64,000 nucleotides of DNA, from contig JACJWE010000001.1 in assembly GCA_020637365.1 (NCBI GenBank), positions 137,208 to 201,207 on the forward strand. Reading direction: 5' to 3'. The DNA comes from Acidimicrobiia bacterium. Lineage in GTDB: Bacteria; Actinomycetota; Acidimicrobiia; IMCC26256; JAGNEX01. The notes beneath the pieces were generated by a model, which worked only from the letters and a program-made list of their open reading frames with translations, was not told the DNA's origin and ran no database searches. Shown in pieces: positions 9,467 to 19,592 of this stretch (position 1 is the first letter of the stretch; every line of letters begins with the position of its first letter). Position numbers and translations under genes: made by a program.

Positions 9467-10723
9467 ATGCGTGTCGACATGCTGGCGATCGGAACCGAAC
9501 TACTACTGGGTCAGATCGTCGATTCAAACACGGCGTGGTTGGGCGAGCAGCTCGCCGCGGTCGGGATTGATACATTCCGATCGGTGCGGGTTGGCGACAA
9601 CCACGACCGCATGGTCGCCGAACTGGCTTCGATGTCTGAACAGGCCGATGCGGTGATTTGTTGCGGGGGATTGGGCCCCACCCAGGACGACTGCACACGT
9701 TCCGCTATTGCGGATGCTCTCGGTGTCGGCCTCATTCGAGATGGCGAGCTGGTCGCTCATATCGAATCGCTCTTCGCCGCTCGCGGTAGAACGATGCCCG
9801 AATCCAACCTGCGGCAAGCCGATGTGCCTGAGGGTGCCACCGTGATCCCGAATCCTTTGGGCACGGCACCGGGCATTCGTGCGGTGTTGCATCCTCGGGG
9901 AGGAGGCGAGTGCATCGTCTATGCACTTCCAGGGGTCCCTTATGAGATGCATGAGATGTTCACGCTGTCGGTGCTGCCAGATCTTCTCGAACAGCAGGGT
10001 GAGCGGCGGGTCATCGTGTCACGGACCCTCAAGACCTGGGGTAAGAGCGAATCGGGATTGGCCGAATCGATTAGCGATATCGTCGATGCCCAGACCAATC
10101 CAACGATCGCCTTCCTGGCGCGCGGTATCGAAGGAATCCAGGTCAGGCTCACCGCTTCAGCCCAGGACGAGCAATCCGCTGAGCGCCTCATCGGCCCGGT
10201 CGAACGTGAACTCGATGCACGGCTGGGTCCGCTGGTCTACGCCAAGGACGAGGACACGATGGAGTCGGTGGTCTTAGCCCTGTTGGCCGAACGTGGGTGG
10301 AAGGTTGCTGTCGCCGAATCGCTCACCGGCGGACTGGTTTGTTCGCGTTTGGTGTCGGTGCCTGGGGCGAGTCACTCCTTCGTCGGGGGAATGGTGACGT
10401 ACGCCACGGAGATCAAGCGAGGTGCCCTCGGGGTGACGGCGGTCGATGTGATTAGCGATGAGTGCGTGCAACAGATGGCCGAAGGTGTGCGCTCGGGTAT
10501 GGGCGTCGAGGTAGGAATCGCCGTCTCGGGGGTTGCGGGGCCCGATGGCCAAGACGGGCATACGGCGGGTGAGGTTCACTTTGGTGTGGTTACGCCCGAC
10601 GGTCCGGTCGCCTTCGGCCGATTCTTACCCGGCGATCGCGAGCGGGTCCGCAGCTTCTCGGCCATTACCCTGCTCGATACGCTCCGCCGCACGCTGCTTG
10701 GATTGTCGTTCGGTTCCGGCTGA
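9467..10723 (+). CDS. cinA: CinA-family competence/damage-inducible protein (nicotinamide-nucleotide amidohydrolase domain)
   Basis: 'MLAIGTELLLGQIVDSNTAWLGEQL' MoCF-type N-domain plus a PncC-like C-domain, in the conserved position upstream of recA. Confidence 0.9.
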   Translation: MRVDMLAIGTELLLGQIVDSNTAWLGEQLAAVGIDTFRSVRVGDNHDRMVAELASMSEQADAVICCGGLGPTQDDCTRSAIADALGVGLIRDGELVAHIESLFAARGRTMPESNLRQADVPEGATVIPNPLGTAPGIRAVLHPRGGGECIVYALPGVPYEMHEMFTLSVLPDLLEQQGERRVIVSRTLKTWGKSESGLAESISDIVDAQTNPTIAFLARGIEGIQVRLTASAQDEQSAERLIGPVERELDARLGPLVYAKDEDTMESVVLALLAERGWKVAVAESLTGGLVCSRLVSVPGASHSFVGGMVTYATEIKRGALGVTAVDVISDECVQQMAEGVRSGMGVEVGIAVSGVAGPDGQDGHTAGEVHFGVVTPDGPVAFGRFLPGDRERVRSFSAITLLDTLRRTLLGLSFGSG

Positions 10724-10737
10724 ACCAAATGCTTGCT

Positions 10738-10753
10738 CCGAACGTGTGTTCGA
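10738..10753. promoter_or_regulatory. Candidate LexA (SOS) box CCGAACGTGTGTTCGA
   Basis: Matches the actinobacterial consensus TCGAAC-N4-GTTCGA at 15 of 16 positions. It lies 15 bp after the cinA stop and about 285 bp upstream of recA. Confidence 0.6.
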
Positions 10754-10933
10754 GGCTACTGTCTTGGCGTGGAGCAAGGATATGGCACGGCGCGTGTTTC
10801 GGACGAGCTTCGTTTTGGGCCGATCTTTTGGCCTGACTTGTGCATTTCCGCAGGTCCTCTGCGGCCTATAGCGGTTTGGCTCGACGGGTCGAGTCGCTTT
10901 GCTGGCGGTCTTAGGCATGAGCCCGAGCTTCGC

Positions 10934-10955
10934 TGTCACACCCTGTCTCTACGAT
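10934..10955 (+). promoter_or_regulatory. Candidate RecA-NDp/PafBC-type promoter (TGTCACAC-N8-TACGAT)
   Basis: Fits the published tTGTCRgtg-N8-TAnnnT pattern, about 85 bp upstream of the recA GTG. Confidence 0.45.
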
Positions 10956-11038
10956 GACTTCAAGCGTTCCCTACAAGGAGCGCTCGACGCGACCGGTGGG
11001 GTCGCCCTCAGAGCAACTCACTTTCTAGGAGTACACCA

Positions 11039-12076
11039 GTGGAACGCCAACAAGCCCTCGATATGGCTCTCAACCAAATTCAAAAGCAGTTCGGCAAGGG
11101 CGCCATCATGAAGCTCGGCGATAGAGGGGCGGTCAACGTCGACGCTGTTTCGACCGGTGCCCTGTCACTCGACATTGCGCTCGGTGTCGGCGGCTTGCCC
11201 CGCGGACGTATCGTCGAGATTTTCGGGCCCGAGTCTTCGGGTAAGTCGACGTTGGCCACCCATGTCGTTGCGGAAGCACAACGCAATGGTGGTACCTGCG
11301 CCTATATCGACGCCGAACACGCGCTCGACCCCGTCTACGCCAATGCGATCGGCGTCGATATCGACCAGTTGCTCATCTCGCAACCAGACACTGGTGAACA
11401 GGGCCTCGAAATTGCCGACATGCTGATCAGGTCGGGTGCTCTTGACGTCGTCGTCATCGACTCGGTTGCGGCGTTGGTTCCGAAGGCCGAAATCGAAGGT
11501 GACATGGGCGATACCCACGTCGGTCTTCAAGCACGCCTGATGAGCCAGGCACTGCGCAAGCTCACAGCCAACCTCAACCGTTCTCGCACGATTGCCATCT
11601 TCATCAATCAGCTCCGCGAGAAGATCGGTGTCATGTTCGGCAGCCCAGAAACTACACCCGGAGGTCGGGCTCTTAAGTTCTATTCCTCGGTCCGGATCGA
11701 TGTCCGACGCATCGAATCGATCAAAGACGGGCCTGAGGTAGTCGGCAACCGTGTCCGCGCCAAGGTTGTCAAGAACAAAACTGCACCACCCTTCCGCCAA
11801 GCTGAATTCGACATCATGTACGGCGAGGGCATCAGCCGCGAGGGTTCGGTTCTCGACCTTGCTGTCGACATGGACGTCGTCAAAAAGGCAGGTGCCTGGT
11901 ACACCTATGAAGGTGAACAACTCGGTCAGGGCCGCGAGAACGTCAAGCGGTTCCTGCGCGAGTCGCCCGAACTCATGGTCGAGATCTCCGAGAAGGTCCG
12001 GGTCGAAGCGGGTTTAACAGGCAGCAACGACCAAGAAGAGGTCGATGCAGCCGTTGAAGCCGATGGCGATGCCTAA
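11039..12076 (+). CDS. recA: Recombinase RecA
   Basis: '[23 protein letters not shown]', Walker A '[11 protein letters not shown]', full length, RBS 'taggag' upstream of the GTG. Confidence 0.98.
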   Translation: MERQQALDMALNQIQKQFGKGAIMKLGDRGAVNVDAVSTGALSLDIALGVGGLPRGRIVEIFGPESSGKSTLATHVVAEAQRNGGTCAYIDAEHALDPVYANAIGVDIDQLLISQPDTGEQGLEIADMLIRSGALDVVVIDSVAALVPKAEIEGDMGDTHVGLQARLMSQALRKLTANLNRSRTIAIFINQLREKIGVMFGSPETTPGGRALKFYSSVRIDVRRIESIKDGPEVVGNRVRAKVVKNKTAPPFRQAEFDIMYGEGISREGSVLDLAVDMDVVKKAGAWYTYEGEQLGQGRENVKRFLRESPELMVEISEKVRVEAGLTGSNDQEEVDAAVEADGDA

Positions 12077-12209
12077 CTCGTACGGAGTCAGAGCGACCAC
12101 ACCGGTCGACACTCGTCATGGGTCTCTGAGCAGGCGGTTCGGTGTACACGCCGACCGCCAGCTCCATGCGGATCGCCTGGAGTCTTGCCGGGTCTGACCG
12201 GCGGGGCGA

Positions 12210-12848
12210 CTAGTTGGCTTCCGTCGTCGAGGTAGCGCCAGCCGTTTCGAGGAAGCTCTCTTCCAGACCGCATTGGCTGTCGGAGGCGACCCTGAACTCG
12301 AGTAGGGCCGTGCCGAGCAGGTTCGGCCAGTCGGGGTCGCCGCTCAGCTCCAGGCGTAGTGACGGGGTATAGGCCTGCATCACACTTGATTCGATCAGGT
12401 CGATCGAATCAAGAAGGTCCTCAGGTGCAGTTCGGCGGATGGTGTCGAAGAACGCATTCCATCCAGCGAGGGTCGCTTCTGCGTCGACCGGTGGTGCTGC
12501 CAGCGTCGTACTCGTCAGTGCAGCTAGAGCATCGCCGGCCGGGGTTTCGGGGATGGTCGCGATGGTGGATACATCGACGAACTTGCCGTTTGCTAAGTCG
12601 ATCAAGGTCTGGCAGAACGGGTCGTCGGAGCTTTCAAGCCCGGGAGCCAAAGGTTGCAGCGTTGTCGACGGGCTATCGGGGACACCGAACGGGTCGTCGC
12701 TGTCACCGCTGTTGCTGTGCTGACCGGCACTCGACGTGGTGGTGAGCGCCGCGCTGCCGCCACCTTCCTCGTCGTCGTTTCCGCTGCACGACGCGACGAG
12801 CGCCATACACAACAGCGTCACAATGATGCGATGCCAAACCGTCGTCAT
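12210..12848 (-). CDS. Hypothetical lipoprotein
   Basis: Signal peptide with lipobox 'LVASC' followed by an acidic low-complexity stretch. Convergent with recA. Confidence 0.6.
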   Translation of the reverse strand: MTTVWHRIIVTLLCMALVASCSGNDDEEGGGSAALTTTSSAGQHSNSGDSDDPFGVPDSPSTTLQPLAPGLESSDDPFCQTLIDLANGKFVDVSTIATIPETPAGDALAALTSTTLAAPPVDAEATLAGWNAFFDTIRRTAPEDLLDSIDLIESSVMQAYTPSLRLELSGDPDWPNLLGTALLEFRVASDSQCGLEESFLETAGATSTTEAN

Positions 12849-13165
12849 CGCACTGAGTGTACAGGGCTCCCCCGGACTTGAGTGGGCTCGGATGACCCGC
12901 CGACCCCGCTATGTCAAGAGGATCGATGCCAAGTTTTGGGTTGGGTCGGGCGTTTCTCACACCCTTCTCGCCGAGCGTGCCACCGAGGCTCAGACACTCC
13001 GGTTGCGGCGCATCGCAACCCGCCACAAGATGGCTATGCTCCCGCACGCCAAGTACCGATGCCATGCTCAAATAGGGCGTGACAATCGAGCCGAATCCAC
13101 TCACCCGGCAACCCCAAGCTCGGCTACGAGGCAATCGGCCGGATCTCGCTCGGTACAATCCAGCT

Positions 13166-14554
13166 GTGACACGGCGCTACCACATAAAGACATTCGGCTG
13201 TCAGATGAACGAGCACGATTCCGAGCGGATAGCCGGTCTGCTCGAAGCCGACGGCATGGAGCACATCGACGACATCGAGAGTGCCGACGTCGTCGTGATG
13301 AACACATGCTGCATCCGTGAGAACGCGGACAACCGGTTCTATGGGCATCTGGGGGAACTCAAAGCGCTGAAGGCGACCAACCCAGACCTCCAGATCGCGA
13401 TCGCAGGCTGCCTTGCCCAAAAGGACCGTGATGCCATCGTCGATCGAGCTGGTCACGTCGACGTCGTCTTCGGCACGCATAATCTCCACCGTGCCGTCGA
13501 CCTCCTCAGAGACGCTCGGACCTCGGGGCAACCCATCGTCGAGATCCTCGAAGAACAAGAGCATGACGAGTTTCCCTCGGCACTCCCGACACGGCGCGAA
13601 TCGTCGTTCGCTGCGTGGGTGACGATCCAGATCGGTTGTGACAACAACTGCGCGTTCTGCATCGTCCCTCAAGTCCGCGGCAAAGAAATTTCGCGGAGGA
13701 TGGGCGATATCGTCGCTGAAGTCGCTGACCTTGCCAAAGACGGCGTGACCGAGATCACCCTGTTGGGTCAAAACGTCAACTCTTACGGACGAGACCTCGG
13801 CGCAGGACAGTATTCACCCAAGTTTGCCGACCTGCTCCGAGCGGTCAACGACGTTGCCGGAATCCGACGGATTCGATACACCTCTCCGCATCCGAAGGAC
13901 TTCCGAATCGCGACGATCGACGCCATGTCGCAGTGCGCGAACGTCTGCGAACACCTGCACTTGCCGCTGCAGTCGGGAAGTGACCGAATCCTGGCACGCA
14001 TGCACCGGGGGTACACAGCCGATCGATATCTCGAACGTCTCCGTGCGGCGCGGACAGCCATGCCAGAGTTGGCGGTCACCACCGACATCATCGTGGGATT
14101 CCCCGGCGAAACCGAAGCTGATTTCCAGCAGACGCTGGCCGTTGCGGAAGCCGGTGACTTCGACGGCGCGTATACCTTTGTCTATTCGTCCCGTCCCGGA
14201 ACCGAAGCTGCGGCCTGGGTCGACGAGATGCTGCCGGCATCGGTAACCGGTGAACGCATGGAACGACTGGTGTCGATCATCCGGGCGTCGAGTGCACGCC
14301 GGCATGCCGCCTACGTTGGGTCGACTCAAGAACTTCTGATCGAAGGGCCATCAAAACGTGATGATCGGCGGCTGACCGGACGAACCCGTTCTCATAAGGT
14401 CGTTCATCTCGACGGAGGCGATGGCCTCCGCGCCGGTAGCTATGTCCAGGCGACCATCACCAAGGCCTTCTCGCACTATCTCGAAGCTCAGATTGATGAG
14501 GTCATCTCGGTGCCAGCTGCCACACGTGTGCGCATACCCCTCACCGTCGTGTGA
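13166..14554 (+). CDS. miaB: tRNA-2-methylthio-N6-dimethylallyladenosine synthase MiaB
   Basis: 'RRYHIKTFGCQMNEHDSERIAG', radical-SAM 'CDNNCAFCIVP' and a TRAM C-terminus. The GTG at 13166 is preferred; the ORF-track start is 13079. Confidence 0.93.
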   Translation: MTRRYHIKTFGCQMNEHDSERIAGLLEADGMEHIDDIESADVVVMNTCCIRENADNRFYGHLGELKALKATNPDLQIAIAGCLAQKDRDAIVDRAGHVDVVFGTHNLHRAVDLLRDARTSGQPIVEILEEQEHDEFPSALPTRRESSFAAWVTIQIGCDNNCAFCIVPQVRGKEISRRMGDIVAEVADLAKDGVTEITLLGQNVNSYGRDLGAGQYSPKFADLLRAVNDVAGIRRIRYTSPHPKDFRIATIDAMSQCANVCEHLHLPLQSGSDRILARMHRGYTADRYLERLRAARTAMPELAVTTDIIVGFPGETEADFQQTLAVAEAGDFDGAYTFVYSSRPGTEAAAWVDEMLPASVTGERMERLVSIIRASSARRHAAYVGSTQELLIEGPSKRDDRRLTGRTRSHKVVHLDGGDGLRAGSYVQATITKAFSHYLEAQIDEVISVPAATRVRIPLTVV

Positions 14555-15546
14555 CCCAGCCTCAGTTTCCGATCGCTGCGGGAATCATCGGACCGACAGC
14601 ACTGGGCAAGTCCCGACTCGCTATGGACCTAGCAGGGGCCCTTGGCGACACGGTGATCCTGTCCACCGATTCGATGCAGGTGTACCGGAGGATGGATATC
14701 GGTACTGCCAAACCCACAGCCGAGGAACGGGTACGGGTACCTCACTGGGGCATCGATGAAGTTGAACCGTCAGAATCGTGGACTGTCACGCGAACTCAAG
14801 GGGTCGCCCGGTCGTGCCTCGAAGCCGCTGCCGGAGCCAGCCACCGCTGCCTTGTCGTCGGCGGGACGGGGCTCTACTTTCACGCAGTCGTCGATGGCTT
14901 CGACGTGCCGCCATCAGCGGCGGCAGAACGTCAACATTTCACTCGACTCGCCAGCCAACCGGGTGGGCTCGCCGAGCTGTATCGTCGGCTCGCCGATCTC
15001 GACCCGGTGGCGGCAAGTCGGATCGAACCAAATAACGAGCGCCGAATCGTCCGAGCATTGGCGGTTCAGCAAGCGACCGGGAGGCCGTTTTCCACGTTTG
15101 GGCCGGGCGTGGCGCATTTTGCTGCTGACCCGGAGCAGTCTTCGCGCGGCGGGAGCGCCGACGGCATTCCAGTAGTAGGACTCACAGCATCGACAGAGAC
15201 CAGAGCACGACTCATCGCTCAACGAATCGATGAGATGATCGAACGGGGCTGGCTGGCTGAAGTCGAAGGCCTGCTTTCCGGGACACCGCCTTCGGCGACC
15301 GCATGGCAAGCCATTGGTTACCGCGAGATGGCCGCGGTCATCGGACACGAAATGTCGCTCGACGATGCTGTTGTCAGCATCAATACCAAGACTCGGCGCT
15401 TTGCTCGGCGCCAGATTGCGTGGTTTCGACGCGACCCCAGGATCCGCTGGTTCGATATCGACGACTACACCACTTCGAAGTCGCTCCTCGACGCGGTTAT
15501 GGCCCACATCGATATCGGTGGCGCGATCGCTTCCGAAGACCATTGA
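14551..15546 (+). CDS. miaA: tRNA dimethylallyltransferase MiaA
   Basis: P-loop 'IIGPTALGKSRLAMDLA'. Its start overlaps the miaB stop by 4 bp. Confidence 0.9.
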   Translation: MTQPQFPIAAGIIGPTALGKSRLAMDLAGALGDTVILSTDSMQVYRRMDIGTAKPTAEERVRVPHWGIDEVEPSESWTVTRTQGVARSCLEAAAGASHRCLVVGGTGLYFHAVVDGFDVPPSAAAERQHFTRLASQPGGLAELYRRLADLDPVAASRIEPNNERRIVRALAVQQATGRPFSTFGPGVAHFAADPEQSSRGGSADGIPVVGLTASTETRARLIAQRIDEMIERGWLAEVEGLLSGTPPSATAWQAIGYREMAAVIGHEMSLDDAVVSINTKTRRFARRQIAWFRRDPRIRWFDIDDYTTSKSLLDAVMAHIDIGGAIASEDH

Positions 15547-15649
15547 CGGGCTTTAAGCTTTTGTGGCGGTTCGGCCTTTGCCGAACGGGCCCCTGGTCCC
15601 AACAAGGAACGACGCAATGACAACTGACCGCCGAGACCCCGGGTTTGCC

Positions 15650-16498
15650 ATGCGACTCTCAAAGTATGAAGCCACCGCGAACGATTTTCTGATTTCAGAC
15701 GGGCGGACCGACGGTCTTGACGCCAACGCCGCTTCCGTCGTGGCACAGCGCGTCTGCGATCGTCACCGAGGTATCGGTGCCGATGGCCTCATCCGACTGC
15801 TGTCCTCAACCACCCCCGAAGCTGACTGCGTGATGGAACTTCACAACGCAGATGGTTCGCGAGCCGAGATGTCGGGCAACGGTGTCCGGACCCTCGCCCT
15901 CGCCGCCCGAAGAGTTGGCCTCGGCACCAACCTGAAGCTCCGGGTTCAGACCGATGCCGGACTGAAGAGCATCGACTTTGCTGATCCGGTTTCACCCGAA
16001 GATGCCGTCTCCGGCTCGGAGGTGTTCTCGACAGTCGAGATGGGCTCGCCGACCTTTGACGCGGACCGCATTCCATTTACCGGTGACTCGCCCTTGTCGA
16101 TCGACGTCGACGGTTCGACGTATCGCGGCATCGCCGTGGGGATGGGCAATCCCCATCTCGTCGTTTTTGTCGATGATCCAGCACAGATCGACCTCGACAG
16201 TGTCGGTGCACGACTCGAAATCGACCCAAGATTTCCGCGGAAAACAAATGTGGAGTTTGTCCGAGTGACCGATCACGGCTTGCAACTGAGGGTATGGGAG
16301 CGGGGCGCATCAGAGACACTGTCCTGTGGCACCGGCGCGTGTGCGAGTGTCTCAGCAGCCCGATCGATCGGGTTGATCGGCGACTCCGCGGATGTTGAGG
16401 TTTCCGGCGGCACTCTCAACGTTCGATTGGATCAGGCTGCATACCTCACGGGTCCCGCCCGGTGGATCGCCGACATCACGACCCGTGTCGACCTGTGA
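15650..16498 (+). CDS. dapF: Diaminopimelate epimerase
   Basis: 'ATANDFLI', 'NADGSRAEMSGNGVR' and 'SCGTGACA' catalytic Cys motifs. Alternative starts are at 15563 and 15617. Confidence 0.9.
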   Translation: MRLSKYEATANDFLISDGRTDGLDANAASVVAQRVCDRHRGIGADGLIRLLSSTTPEADCVMELHNADGSRAEMSGNGVRTLALAARRVGLGTNLKLRVQTDAGLKSIDFADPVSPEDAVSGSEVFSTVEMGSPTFDADRIPFTGDSPLSIDVDGSTYRGIAVGMGNPHLVVFVDDPAQIDLDSVGARLEIDPRFPRKTNVEFVRVTDHGLQLRVWERGASETLSCGTGACASVSAARSIGLIGDSADVEVSGGTLNVRLDQAAYLTGPARWIADITTRVDL

Positions 16499-16503
16499 TC
16501 GAT

Positions 16504-18045
16504 ATGCCAGGCCCCTTTGGTTTGACCCCGATCGAACCCGACGACGCATCCCGGAACGGACCCGATCAGCCAGACGGTCATGGTGCTCCCCCCACCCAAG
16601 GCGCGAGCCATTTGGATATCTTGGACAGCGACCGTCCAGCGACGAGCGGCGTCGAGTCAGGGAACGATGAACCGACTCCAGAGTCCACGCCAGACACGGT
16701 CGGGCCGGTCGGTAGCCATGTTCACCGCTCGGGTAAGCGCCTGACAGCATCTGAAACCGATTTCGATGTCGTCAGACAGCGTGCGTTCATCGTCGCGCTC
16801 GCAGCGCCTGGGACCGATGACGCCGCCATCGATGAGTCACTCGACGAATTGGCGTTGCTGGTCGACACCGCGGGCGCCGATGTCGTCGGCCGCAGCGTTC
16901 AGCGGCGAGCCTCGCCCGATCCCGCAACATTCATAGGTCCAGGCAAAGTCGAAGAACTCGCCTTCGCCACACAAGAACTCGATGTTGACCTTGTCGTCTT
17001 TGACGACGAACTCAGCCCAGCGCAGACACGCAATCTGGAACACGCGTTCAAAACTGACGTGGTGGATCGTTCCGCGGTGATCCTGGACATTTTTGCCCAG
17101 CACGCGACGAGTCGTGCTGGCATGCTCCAGGTTGAACTCGCTCAGTTGCGGTACTTGCTGCCGCGCCTACGCGGCAAGGGTGCTCAGATGAGTCGCCTCG
17201 AGGGCCGCATCGGCACGAGAGGTCCCGGCGAAAGCAAGCTCGAAGTTGATCGGCGCCGCATCCTGCGCCGCATCACCCGACTCGAGGGCGACATCCGGTC
17301 CCTGGAGCGCGTTCGCGCGACCCAGCGAAAGGCCAGAGAGCGGTCAAGGGTGCCGACCGTCGCGCTGATCGGGTATACGAACGCTGGTAAATCGTCGCTG
17401 CTTAACCGCATGACCGGTGCCGATGTTCTGACCGAAAATCGGCTCTTTTCAACCCTTGACCCCACCGTTCGGCGCCTCGAGGTCGATGGTGTGGGGGTCG
17501 TCCTGTTGGCGGACACCGTTGGCTTTGTCCGCAAATTGCCACATCAGCTCGTCGCTGCGTTTCGCTCAACCCTGGAAGTGGTCAAAGAGGCTGATGTCCT
17601 CGTCCACGTGGTCGATGGTTCATCCCTCCATGCCGCGCATCACATCGCGGCGGTTGATGCTGTCCTCGGCGATCTCGAAACGGGTGATCAGCCCAGGCTC
17701 ATCGTCGCGAACAAGTCGGACCGTGCAACGCCGATGTCGCGAGCCGCTCTCGAGCTTGAGATGGCTGAACGGGTTATCTGGGTCAGTGCCCTGACGGGCG
17801 ACGGCATTCCCGCGTTGAGGACCAGGATCATCGACCTTGTTCGACAGTTGCGGCCAGCGGAAGACTTCTGGATCCCGTGGACGCGCGGTGATGTCCTCGC
17901 TTCACTCCATCGTGATGGTGAGGTTCTCGTCGCAGTGCACGAGGAAGACGGGGCGCGCATCCAGGCCCGCCTTGCCGAAGATGCCGCGTCTCGATATCGA
18001 GAATTTCGAGTTGCGGGATCGGGCGAACGCCCTTCGGGTACCTGA
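16504..18045 (+). CDS. hflX: GTPase HflX
   Basis: 'GTRGPGESKLEVDRRRI', G1 'GYTNAGKSSLLN' and a long acidic N-terminal extension. The ATG at 16504 follows the dapF stop. Confidence 0.92.
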   Translation: MPGPFGLTPIEPDDASRNGPDQPDGHGAPPTQGASHLDILDSDRPATSGVESGNDEPTPESTPDTVGPVGSHVHRSGKRLTASETDFDVVRQRAFIVALAAPGTDDAAIDESLDELALLVDTAGADVVGRSVQRRASPDPATFIGPGKVEELAFATQELDVDLVVFDDELSPAQTRNLEHAFKTDVVDRSAVILDIFAQHATSRAGMLQVELAQLRYLLPRLRGKGAQMSRLEGRIGTRGPGESKLEVDRRRILRRITRLEGDIRSLERVRATQRKARERSRVPTVALIGYTNAGKSSLLNRMTGADVLTENRLFSTLDPTVRRLEVDGVGVVLLADTVGFVRKLPHQLVAAFRSTLEVVKEADVLVHVVDGSSLHAAHHIAAVDAVLGDLETGDQPRLIVANKSDRATPMSRAALELEMAERVIWVSALTGDGIPALRTRIIDLVRQLRPAEDFWIPWTRGDVLASLHRDGEVLVAVHEEDGARIQARLAEDAASRYREFRVAGSGERPSGT

Positions 18046-18167
18046 GGTGCGGCGCTGAGTTCGGCTGCCACCTCACATGCAGAGGGTCGTATTGGAGGCA
18101 TGAGGCGCAAAAGATGTCGCCGTCGCAGTCCGACTCAACGGATTGTGGGTCATCGGCCGCCTAACCT

Positions 18168-19337
18168 GTGTGGGTGACTGCACACGGTTTTGTCCCGCCT
18201 CCGTACCCTTACGATCGCCTCAACGAACTGCGTTTGATCGCCGACTCGGTCCAGCCCGGCTGCATCGACTGTTCGGTAGGAACGCCTTTTGAGCCGATGC
18301 CAGAAGTGGCGAGGAATGCAGCCATCGCGGGGCTAGCCAAGGGGCAGACCTATCCGCCGAGTATCGGCGAGCTTGATTTTCGGTCCGCAGCTGCTGACTG
18401 GATGCGTCGTCGCCTCGCCGTCGAATGCGATCCCAACGCTGTGGCCGCTGGTATCGGCGCCAAGGAGCTCGTTGCCGGCATTCCACACTGGCTCAAACTT
18501 CGTCGCCCCAACAAGACCGTAGTGCTGCACCCCGCAGTCTCATATCCGTCCTATGCAATGGGGGCTGAGCTGGCTGGGTGCCGCGCCGTGGGTGTCCCCG
18601 CCGATGACGAATGGCATCTCGATCTCGACCAGATTTCTGATCAAGATGCCGATGACGCGCTGATGCTCTGGATCAATGAGCCCGGCAACCCATCTGGGAG
18701 CAGTGCTGACGCGGCGTGGATGGCGCGGTGTGTGGCCTGGGCGCAAGAGCGCGACATCTTGCTGGTCAGCGACGAATGCTACATCGAGTTCTGCTTTCCT
18801 CCGCATGGAACCCCGCTCAGTGCTGATGGCGCATGGCCTGCTGGGCCCTCGGCGATGGCTGCTGGCATCGACGGTGTTCTCAGCGTCCATTCGTTGTCGA
18901 AACGTTCGAACTTGGCCGGTATGCGCGCTGCTTTCTACGCGGGTGATCCTGCGATCGTGGGGTACCTCTCAGAGTTGAGGAAGCACGCTGGCATGATGAC
19001 GCCGTATCCAACGCAGCGGGCCGCGACCGCAGCATTGGCCGACGACGCTCATGTCAATACTCAACGCGCGTTGTATTTCGAGCGGCGTTCCCTGCTTCTT
19101 GACGCGCTGAACGAGACACCACTGCACCACTGCGGCGGGGATGCCACGTTCTATCTGTGGGTCCGTTCCGACGTCGGCTCAGATGGCTGGACGGTCGCCC
19201 GCCGATTCGCCGAGCTCGGCGTTCTCGTCTCACCCGGAGAGTTCTACGGTGACCAGGGGGCGTCTATGGTTCGCATAGCGCTGGTGCAACCTATCGGTTT
19301 GCTCGAGATCGTCGCTGAGCGCCTCGCAAACTGGTGA
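18168..19337 (+). CDS. dapC: Succinyldiaminopimelate transaminase (class I aminotransferase, actinobacterial DapC type)
   Basis: 'PPYPYDRLNEL...DCSVGTPFEPMP' N-terminus, 'SLSKRSNLAGMR' PLP-lysine motif, and dap gene context. Confidence 0.75.
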   Translation: MWVTAHGFVPPPYPYDRLNELRLIADSVQPGCIDCSVGTPFEPMPEVARNAAIAGLAKGQTYPPSIGELDFRSAAADWMRRRLAVECDPNAVAAGIGAKELVAGIPHWLKLRRPNKTVVLHPAVSYPSYAMGAELAGCRAVGVPADDEWHLDLDQISDQDADDALMLWINEPGNPSGSSADAAWMARCVAWAQERDILLVSDECYIEFCFPPHGTPLSADGAWPAGPSAMAAGIDGVLSVHSLSKRSNLAGMRAAFYAGDPAIVGYLSELRKHAGMMTPYPTQRAATAALADDAHVNTQRALYFERRSLLLDALNETPLHHCGGDATFYLWVRSDVGSDGWTVARRFAELGVLVSPGEFYGDQGASMVRIALVQPIGLLEIVAERLANW

Positions 19338-19592
19338 GTGGACCGGCGTACGCGGTGACATCCGCCACTTCCTCCTTTGGGGCATCCCTACCCACAGCTC
19401 GTTCGATGTGGCGGTGACGGCAGGGTTCGGACGGCCAGCCAAGGTGCTTGGGACTGTTGGGTCGAGAGCTACTACCGTCGGTACCCATCGTCGGTCGACC
19501 AGCTACCGGGTTGCCGGCCGGGGGAGTGCAGGATGCACATGCCCGAACGACAAGTGTTTGCACCATTTTCGGTACGTATCTGAGGAGACTTT

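Noticed and set aside
10724-11038. A small HTH (Xre/ClgR-like) gene often found between cinA and recA in actinobacteria
   Set aside because: No ORF of suitable size or composition exists in either strand of this 316-bp spacer.
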